Source: Octopus vulgaris (lineage: Eukaryota). From it: a stretch of DNA of 64,000 bases. The first letter of the stretch is position 1. The number at the start of each line of letters is the position of its first letter. Below the pieces are notes generated by a model. It had not been told where the DNA came from and made no database searches. It worked only from the letters and a program-made list of their open reading frames with translations. The DNA lies in NCBI GenBank assembly GCA_951406725.2, contig OX597824.1, positions 66,650,001-66,714,000 of the forward strand, in the 5' to 3' direction. Shown here piece after piece: positions 54,165 to 64,000 of the stretch. A program made the translations under genes and the position numbers.

Positions 54165-56895
54165 TCATCATCATCATCATCATTTAACATCCGTTTCCAT
54201 GCTAGAATGGGTTGGAAGGTTTGACTGAGGTCTGGGAAACCAGGAGGCTGCACCGGGCTCCAGTCTGATCTGGCAGTGTTTCTACAGCTGGATGCCCTTT
54301 CTAACACCAACCACTCCATGAGTGTAGTGGGTGCTTTTTACGTGCTGGCAACCGCCACGATTGGCTGGTGCTTTTTATGTGCCACTGGCATGGAAGCCAG
54401 TCAGGGTGGCACTGGCATCGGCCACATTCAGATGGTGTTTTTTAAATGCCACTGGCACAGGTATCACAACTACAATTTCCATTTGATCTTCATTTTGATG
54501 TTGATGTACTTGACTCAATAGGTCTCCTCAAGTACAGCAGATCGCCCTACAATCCAAGTTACTTTTGAATGAGTTGGGGCCGGTTATGCGAAACTGGTGT
54601 AGGATACAGCTGTGAACTCACTCTATTTGCCAGGTCTTCGCAGTCATAGCATATCTCCAGATATCTGTGAGGCCCAACGTTCGAAGGTCATGCTTGACCA
54701 CCCCATTCCATGTCTTCCTGGGTCTACCTCTACTCCGGATTCCTTCAACTGTTTGGGAGTGGCACTTCTCCTCACATCTCTCCTCATCCATCTATAGTAT
54801 ATGACCATACCAGTGCAAATGTCCCTCTTGAACGCCATATACTTTGCTTCTTACATGCTTCTTAAGTGTTCTCATGGCACTTACACTCTATCTTGTGTGC
54901 ACACTGAAATTACACATCCAGCGGATCATGCTAGCTTCATTTCTGATGAGCCAACGCATGTCCTCCACAGTCACGGCCCATATTTCACTGCCATGAAGCA
55001 TGGCAGTTCACACACATGCATTATACAATCTACCTTTCACTCTGAGCAAGAGGCCCTTTGTTACCAGTAGGGGTAGAAGCTTTCTAAACTTTGCCCAGGC
55101 TATTATTATTCTAGTGGTAACACTCTATGTATCCACCCCCACTACTAACTTGATCACCTAGGTAGCGAAGCTATCAACTACTTCTAGTTTCTCCTCCTGG
55201 AGTGTGATGGAATCTGTTTTCTGAGCATATGTGGTGTTTATTGCCCCTGTGCATCTGCTGCACATGAAAGCTATCTTCTCGGTTAATCTTTCTTTGATGT
55301 TGCTGCACCTCTTATGTGTCCATAGCTTACACTGGATACATCTTTCATTGGGTGCATTTTATGGAGTTTCTACCTACACCTTTTCTACACATTGAGCAAG
55401 GCCACCTACCTGAAGGGGTGTGTGATGTTTTCGCCTTCTTACTTACTAGAACTTTGCTCTTTGCTACATTGACTCTAAGGCCTTTTGATTCTAAACCTTC
55501 CTTCCACACCTGAAATTTCTTTTCTAGTTCTGGTAGTGATTCTGCTATGAGGGCCAGTTCATCAGCATAGAGGAGCTCCCAGGGGCAACCCATCTTGAAT
55601 TCCTCTGTTATTGCTTGGAGAACTATGATAAATAAAAGGGGACTGAGGGTTGAACTTTGGTGGCCCCTACTCCTACTTGGAATTCTTCACTATACCCATC
55701 GCCAATCCTAACCTTACTAACGGCCTCTCTGTATAGGGCCTATCCCCAGTTTCTGCACCGTCCACCAGATAAGGGATTGGGGGGACCCTGTCAAAGGCTT
55801 TCTCCAAGTCCACAAAAGCTACATATTTCTCCTGCCGTTGTTGAACCAGGAATGTGGCATCAGTGGTTCTTCTACCTGGCACAAAACCGAACTGCATCTC
55901 ATCTAAGTAGACTCTCTCCCTAATGAGATGGGCTATGACCCTCTCTGTGAGCTCTATCACTTGATCCAGCAGTTTGATACCCCTGTAGTTATTTCTATCT
56001 AGAGCATCACCTTTACCTTTGTAGCAGTTGACTATGGTGCTGCTATGCTAGTCATAGGGTATGGCTCCATCATGAACTACCTGGTTTACAATGCAGGTGA
56101 CTAGGCCATAACCTACACCACCAGATGTTTTAAGCATCTCAGCAGTGATTCCTGATGGGCCGGGAGATGCTCCTGACTTCATACCCTTAATTGCTTTATC
56201 TACAAGGGAACTGTCTATTCAGATAGCTGGGTCAACATTTGGCAGGCTCTCCTCCTCCCATTCATTCTCCACATTCAGCAGTCTTTCATAATGGCTTCTT
56301 CAAGCCTCTTTCTTTTCTGAATCATTAAAAGCAAGTGCACTGTCATCCATGCAGACACATTTCTCTCCTATGACGTCACAATTTTCTCTCACACACTGTC
56401 TTGCAATCTGGAATACTTCAGTTCTTTGGTTCTCATGTTGCTGGACATTGGCAAACTTCTTCTTTTCTGCTTCGCCCTTGGCTATGTATATCTGCTGCCC
56501 AGCCTCCCTTTTGACTACCCGGTACAGTTCTCTGCTACCCCCACCCTTACAGGCTTTCCAGGCCTGTTTCTTTGCTCTAATGGTTTTCTCTACTATACTA
56601 TTCCACAGTACATATTCAACTGCCACATAACTCTAGGTCTGGAAGGGACTTTGCACCATCCGCAGACTTAGTCTGTGGTGTCAGCAAGCTGTCCCGTAGG
56701 AATTTACAGCTACCTTCTAGGTCCAATGCCTGTAGCTCCTCCTCTCTTTCATCAAATTTCTTGATGAGGATGTCCCTAAATCTCTGACCATGTGAAGGGT
56801 ACTTTAACTTCCAAATCCTTCATTTTTGGATTGGTCTGCTTCTTGGTATCCTTCTGGCCTTGAGCCTAAAGTCACTAATGACTAGCCTATGCTGG
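54165..56895 (-). mobile_element. Second RTE-PHD LINE copy, opposite orientation
   Basis: MQFGFVPGRRTTDATF, FVDLEKAFDRVP, ELLYADEL, WPCSMCRKGVGRNSIKCTQ; (GAT)n tail near 54165. Confidence 0.95.
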
Positions 56896-58457
56896 GATAT
56901 ATATATATATATATGACGGGCTTCTTTCAGTTTCTATCTATCAAATCCACTCACAAGGATTTGGTCAGCCTGAGGCTATAGTAGAAGACATTTGCCCAAG
57001 GTGCTACACAGTGGGACTGAACCCTGAAGCATGTAGTTGGTAAGCAAGCTACTTACCACACAGCCACTCCTATATAAATATGCATTTATGCATGTATTAA
57101 AATTTAGCAAAAGCAACTGAATGACTCAAAGGCTGAGAGTTTCATGCATCAGCACTTATCAAAGTTTGATAAGTTTTATAAATGCTAACGCCCAAAAATC
57201 TTGAAATTCTGAGTCATTCTGTTGCGTCTGTTAAATATTGGTTTCAAATTTTGGCACAAGGCCAGCAATTTGCGGTAGGGGGTGACGTCAATTATGTTGA
57301 CTCCAGTGCTCAACAGGTACTAATTTTATTAACCCTAAGAGGATGAAAGGCAAAGTCAGCTTTGGCAGAACTTGAACTCTGAATGCAAAGATGGACAAAA
57401 TGCTGCTAAGTATTTTGCCTAGCATGTTAATGGTTCTGCCAGCTCACCACCTTGCTTCTGATAAATATTAATAAAAATATGTATATACTAGTATTATAAC
57501 CCGCTTTCATTCGGATCTACTCAGGCTACATTTTAAAGATGAGGAATTTTACCCTAGAGGTCATACCTTTCAATTGAGCAAGCTCAAAGTTACCATGCAA
57601 GCTCCCTAGCACTTTTAACATAGGTGTGCAAATTTTCAGGTCAATATGACCACATTTACTAACACTTTTGCCTGCACAATTGCTTATGAGACAACGACTG
57701 CCCTTTTCACAAATATATAGTAGATATATATATACTCATGTTTTGAGTTCCATTTTTCCTGTTTGCATCACCAAACGTATGAAGCCTATAGGCAAATAAC
57801 AACATGCTGTATAATTGGACCAAGCAAAACTAGTTCAAAAAATGTATTGACTGAGCTACCTTTAGCTTGGTTCCTATAGCTGGGTTTCCTTCTTAATGTC
57901 AACTACTTTATAGAATGTACTGGGTGCTTTTTCATGGCATTAGTACTAATGAGATCACCATACAGATTTCAAGACTAAGATCTGATTTGACTGAGTGAGA
58001 TTATAGAAGAGAGGTGACTTTATACTTGAAGGAAAGAGCAAGAACAGAACTGGTTTATTGCTGCAGAAGAGTTACACGACTCTCTCTTTCACTCACTCTA
58101 TCTGTCTGTCTGTATGTATGTTGTTTGTTCCTTCTCAAGCCATGCCTGGCTCATAGGGTCGGTTTCCCGATTTCCTTGGCATATAGGTTCCTCACCTGAA
58201 CAGGACGGGATGCCGGTCCATCGCAGGTGAGTTTCAAGATGCAGGAGAAAAGAGTGTGAGAAAGTTGTGGCGAAAGAGTCAGCAGAAGTTTGCCATTACC
58301 TTCCACCAGAGCCATGAGGAGATTAGGTGTTTCGCTCATAAAAACACACATCGCCTGGTCTAAGATTCAAACCCACGATCGCTCGACCACGAGTCCGCTA
58401 CTCTAACCTCTAGGCCAGGTGCCTCCACATGTATGTATGTATGTATGTATGTATGTA

Positions 58458-58679
58458 TATTCAGGGATGCTGAAAAGCTCCTGGTTTTGGGTAAAAGAAA
58501 ATATAAGAGGATCAATTAATTATGATTTTATTCAAAGTATTCCCCTCTCAGATTTACACATTTACTGTAGTGGTCCTTCAGGTTTTCTAAGCCCTGTAAA
58601 AGAACTCATGTGGTTGAACCTCCAACCAGGCCTTTTGCAATTCTCTTAAAGCCAGGAAATTTTCAGTACCCCTTGAATA
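58458..58679. mobile_element. mariner-type MITE
   Basis: tattcagggatgctgaaaagctcctgg ... ccaggaaattttcagtaccccttgaata inverted termini with TA ends. Confidence 0.75.
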
Positions 58680-58744
58680 TATAAATGTTAATATCAAACA
58701 GTGAGAATGAGTGCTGAACATTGTATGTGCATGTATGTATATAT

Positions 58745-58876
<132 letters not shown>

Positions 58877-59688
58877 ACATACCAAAAGAGCTACTAATAA
58901 TTTCCCGCTTTCATGATTCTTCTACTAGGTATATTTATAGAATACAATACTGGATAATTTCTGCTACCTTGGGAATAAATTAGTAGTGGAGGAGGATGTA
59001 CAGAGAGTGTGACAGCTAGAATAAGATTGAAATGGAGATAATTCAAAAAGCTTTTACCCTTGTTGGAAACCACTGGTTTCTCTCACTGAGTGAAAGGAAG
59101 ATTGTATGATGCATGTATAATAATAATAATAATAATAAATGCGCCCTTTTAAAGCCTAGTCAGGCTTATGGGCCCGGTTTCCCGGTTTCTATGGCATATG
59201 TGTTCCCCAGGTGGACGGGACGCCAGTCCATCGCAGCATTACTCATTTTTGCCAGCTGAGTCGACTGGAGCAACGTGAAATGAAGTGTTTTGCTTAAGAA
59301 TACAACAAGTCGCCTGGTCCAGGAATCAAAACCACAATCTTATGATCATGATGCTGACACCCTAACCACTAATCACTAATAGAGAAACACATTAGTTGGC
59401 TTATCAGCTTTAGGATATTAGAATGTTGTCTTATTTAAAATCCTAAAGCTGATAAACCAACTAATGTGTTTCTCCATTTTCTTATTTGTAATATAAATTA
59501 ATGGTGAAATATTTCTTTACCTACACCCATTTAATACAATAAGTGAGTTCATTGCATTGCAATTAAAAACACTTGTGTATTAATAATTTGGGTTGTATAC
59601 CAACAGTATATTGGATAAGTATTATCCCTTAGTGGGTTGGATCCACAACCCCTAACTTATTTGGTTTTATATATATATATAGATATAC

Positions 59689-59734
<46 letters not shown>

Positions 59735-59749
59735 GTATATATATGTATA

Positions 59750-59817
<68 letters not shown>

Positions 59818-59830
59818 TATATACATATAC

Positions 59831-59870
<40 letters not shown>

Positions 59871-59906
59871 ATATATATGTATCTATATATATCTATATAT
59901 ACATAC

Positions 59907-59946
<40 letters not shown>

Positions 59947-60614
59947 ATACATATATATATATATATATATATGTATGTTTTTATGTATGTATGTATGTAT
60001 GTATGTATGTATGTATGTATGTATGTATGTATGTACATATATAGGTATCTGTATCTGTAGATATAAATAGATTTATAGACTTATAAGTGTTTGTGTACAT
60101 ATATATATGAGTGGATGTGTAAGTGTTCATGTATATGTATGTTGCTAATGTCATCTTTTAAGATAAAAACAACTACTAGTTCCCTCCCTATTAGTGTCAC
60201 TAAGTGCAACAAAAGTGCTATCTTCATCGCTCCTGATTAACACTCAACACTTTATTCCATACTTCTCAGGTCTCCACTACAACCACCATAATTGCCAGTC
60301 TTTTTCCAAACATCAAATGTTTATTAGGGTCCAGTAGAGTAAAATAGGAATCAAAGGGGTCTGTCAGCAAAAATGAAATGATTAAGAACCCCTGTCTTAA
60401 ACCTTTTAGAAATAGCAGCCAAATTCCATTGAATTCTTTCTCTGCTATCTTCAAAAAGAAGATATGTTGACCAGTGTAGTCCTAGACAGAATGGACAGGG
60501 TTAGATTCCAGTTTTTTTTTTACTGACAATGTCCGCCAATGTTGTTATTAGGTTAAATAACAAGTAAAAATAAAAGTAAATATGGGAGCATCAACATGTT
60601 GATTTGACATTCAA

Positions 60615-61110
60615 AGAAATAGCATCCAAAACTTTTCCCAAACTACACTCTACCTGTGAAATAAAAGGTCACATTTGAAAATATAATCCAAGGAACATGA
60701 ATGCTGAAAAGAATGTGGTAACAAAACAATGGGTTTGCCTGCTGACAATAGTGGCCAAACCCTTTGTCTATCTACATTCTACCTTCATAATAAAAGGTCA
60801 CATTTGAAAATGTTGTCCAAGGTTCATTAATGCTGAAAAAATTGGAAACAAAAGAATGGCTTAACCTGTTAGAAATAGCAGCCAAAACTTTTGTCCAACT
60901 ACACTTCATCTTCCTAATAAAAGGTCACATTTGAAAATGTAGTCCAGAGTGCATTAAAACTGAAAAAAATGGAAACAAAAGAGTTGTTTGACCTGCTAGG
61001 AATAGCAACCAAAACGTTAGTCTAACTACAATCTATCTTCTTAAAATGTCACATTTGAAAATGTAGTCCAACGCTTTGTAAAAAAATAGGGAAAAAATGG
61101 CATGACTAGC
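60615..61110 (+). repeat. Diverged tandem repeat, ~127-bp unit, ~4 copies
   Basis: aaaaggtcacatttgaaaat at ~60663, 60792, 60919, 61044. Confidence 0.9.
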
Positions 61111-61119
61111 TAAAAATAC

Positions 61120-61266
61120 ATTAGTTATATTATTTACATTTGATGGATATTTGTCCTCATCTTGTTTGTTGTTAACACAATGTTTCAGCTGATATACCCA
61201 CCAGCCTTCATCAGGTGTCTTGCAGAAATTTTGAACCTGGGTCCTCATTCCTAAGGTATTTTTCAA

Positions 61267-61317
<51 letters not shown>

Positions 61318-61488
61318 CATTATTCAAGTCACTGTCTGGAATCAAACTCCTAATCTTGGGCTTAGTAGCCCACGCTCTTAACCACTACGCCATATGCCCA
61401 TGGGCACAGGCATATGGTGTAGTGGTTAAGAGCATGGGTTGCTAATCCCAAGATTCTGAGTTCAATTCCAGACAGTAACCTGAATAAA

Positions 61489-61546
<58 letters not shown>

Positions 61547-61700
61547 GTAATAATAACAACATCGAAAAATACCTTAGGAATGAGAACCCAGGTTTGAAAT
61601 TTCTCCAAGACACCTGATGAAGGCTGGAGGGTATATTAGCCGAAATGTTGTGTTAACAACAAGCAAGATGAGAACAAATATCCGTCAAATGTAAATAATG
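61120..61700. mobile_element. Head-to-head palindrome of PLE terminal repeat (tRNA-like head + (AAT)n + hammerhead on each arm)
   Basis: ~280-bp inverted arms centred on tgcccatgggca; homologous to 42890-43047. Confidence 0.9.
61609..61654 (+). ncRNA. Minimal type I hammerhead ribozyme (mirror copy 61174-61219 on minus)
   Basis: gacac-CTGATGA-a-ggctg gagggtatat tagcc-GAAA-tg-TT-gtgtt; both core boxes intact in both copies. Confidence 0.8.
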
Positions 61701-62362
61701 TACATAATTCCTCATCTCTTAAATATAGAATTGTATTAGCTAAAAATAGTAACCAAAACCATCATCACAAGCCAATGAGAGAGAATCTACATAGTCATTT
61801 GATCTGGTAAAAATAGCAGCAAAATCTTCCTCAAATCAAACACCCATTATCTCAGAAAAGAACTCATAGGATAAAATGTTTTGGGGGTTCTCTAAATATA
61901 GGGGGAAATGGGTTGATTGTCACTGGAATGCTTTTGATTACAGCTCTGGATAGTCAAGGCATGTCTGGGACTAGATAAGAACAGGAACAACACCATCTTC
62001 ACTAAACACAGTCATAAACAAAACTGTGACCACCATTACTACCACAACAATAAACAATACCATCACTCATTGATTATAATGATGATGGTGACTACCAACC
62101 CCCCACCACCCCCACTACAACCACTTCCATCATTAAAAATACCACTGTGACCACAACCACAACAACTTCCTTCACTTCCAGCTTCTCTTTCTTTTCCTTT
62201 GTCACATCCGTGAGTCTTTAGTTAACAAGAAGTCTTTATATATGGACTTTTCCGGAATCACACATTACACACATATATGTGCACATATATACACATGTTG
62301 TTAAACTATCTGTGAATGACTACATAAAATGTGAAAGAGAATTCCGAGAGCTGAGTGTGTAT

Positions 62363-62439
<77 letters not shown>

Positions 62440-63116
62440 GATTATTAGATATAAAAACTCCCACTGCTCTCAAAACTACTGGCACCATCATCTTTCTTCA
62501 ACTTTCCATTCACATACGTCATCATCAACATCATCATCACCATCATCACCATCATCATCATCATCATCATCCACAACCACCACTACCACCTTCATCTTCT
62601 TCATCAGCTGCAGCAGCAGCAGCATGATGACAAAATCTTCATCCCCGTTGTGTATAAATTCAGTAGCCCATCACACAACTTATAAGACTGAACAACACCT
62701 GTGTATATATATATTTATACCTATATACATACATACATACATACATATATACATACATACACATACATACACATATATATATACATACACACACATATAT
62801 TTGTACACATACATATACATACACATATCTATATATATACACACACACATACATGTATGTATGTATGAATTTGCTCATTGAACGCACATAAAGTAACCCT
62901 TGAATTCTCCTTTGATAGGTGTTGTGCCAAAGTTGAGAATAATCTGCCAATATTCTTGGGCACATATTATTTAAGGATTCTCAAGTCTGTCATTGTTTTT
63001 ACCTTATTCCAAAGGGCTGGATTTCTTTTTTTATTTGGTGACAGATGAGATTTGAACTTTGAACAAATACTACAAGGCATTCTACCTGATGCTCTAAAGA
63101 CTACTAATTTGATACA

Positions 63117-63168
<52 letters not shown>

Positions 63169-63458
63169 GCAAGTACACATACACACACACATATATATGC
63201 ACCTGTGATATATACTCAAGCACATCAAAAGTGAAGCGGGAAAATGAAATTAAGAAATTTCAGTAAGATTTTGTTACTATTCTTGAAGAAGTTGTTGAGT
63301 TTGTTGTAATTTGTATTATTGTTGTTGTTATGGTTGTTGTTATAGTTGTTGCCTGTGAAGGTATGTGGCTTAGTGGTTAGGGTATTTGGTTCATGATTGT
63401 AAGGTTGAGAGTTCACTTCCTGGTGGTGTATTGTACCCTTGAGCAAGACACTTTATTT

Positions 63459-63739
63459 TGTGGTGTATGCGGGAGATTTGAAGTAAAGACACCTACCTTC
63501 TCTTCGCTGACGCAGACTTCTCCGGCAACACACCCTTCCATGTGGCCAGACCCGAACGCTAAAAATAGCAGCTGCTTTTCCCTTACCTTGTCGAAGTGCT
63601 CACACATCCAGCCCTGTCGGCTACCCTGATCGGAAAGGCCCAATGCTCTCCTGCCTGCGCGCGTGTCACTCCTGCACCCTTCCTCTTCCGGTCAACCCCA
63701 AGTTCCCGTCAGCTCCCCAGCTGCTGACGTTGTCCCACA
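63459..63739. mobile_element. Solo LTR inserted in a SINE
   Basis: TGTGG...CCACA termini, 5-bp TSD TATTT (63454-58, 63740-44), GC/CpG-rich; removal restores the SINE sequence cactttatttcacattgctcc. Confidence 0.85.
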
Positions 63740-64000
63740 TATTTCACATTGCTCCAGTCCACTCAGCTGGCAAAAGTGAGCAGTACCTGTATTTCAAAGG
63801 GCCAGCCTTGTCACATTCTGTGTCACACTGTATCTCCCTGAGAACTACGTTAAGGGCATGCATGTCTGCGCAGCACTAAGCTGCTTGCACATTACTTTCA
63901 CAAGTAGGCTGTTCCATTGATTCAATAAAGTATAACCTTTGTTGTTGTGACCAACAGAATGCCAATATTAATAGTTGTTGTAGTTATGGTTAATGTCGGC

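Noticed and set aside
57128-57170. Minus-strand TTGATAAG-tgc tgat gcat-GAAA-ctc hammerhead-like match (homologue near 30803-30833)
   Set aside because: Core too decayed and stem III cannot be formed; not supportable without a family consensus.
60615-61110. CRISPR-like array
   Set aside because: Whole units are homologous with no unique spacers; eukaryotic context.
61409-61480. Functional tRNA gene
   Set aside because: Acceptor and T stems do not pair properly, and the sequence is part of a repeated mobile cassette.

Overview
Very AT-rich, microsatellite-saturated eukaryotic DNA. The SINE/LINE repertoire and (TA)n/(CA)n/(TATG)n density suggest an octopus (coleoid cephalopod) genome; this is an inference. 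Almost all supplied ORFs are microsatellite noise or transposon relics. One convincing host exon is missed by the ORF track: the first coding exon of an N-acylated globin X-like gene on the minus strand (CDS 7791-7625, MGC start, B12.2 intron, unusual Tyr at B10). Its later exons were not found in the window. The rest is decayed elements: maT (DD37D) mariner, Helitrons, hAT, piggyBac, MITEs, CR1, Tx1/L1, R4/Dong, PHD-bearing RTE LINEs, tRNA-SINEs, a solo LTR and several Penelope-like element (PLE) lineages. The most striking unexplained structure is a recurring set of minimal hammerhead-ribozyme modules associated with local fold-back inverted duplications. One PLE has a terminal repeat built as tRNA-like Pol III head + trinucleotide repeat + hammerhead, and the same cassette occurs alone as an ORF-less head-to-head palindrome (61120-61700).
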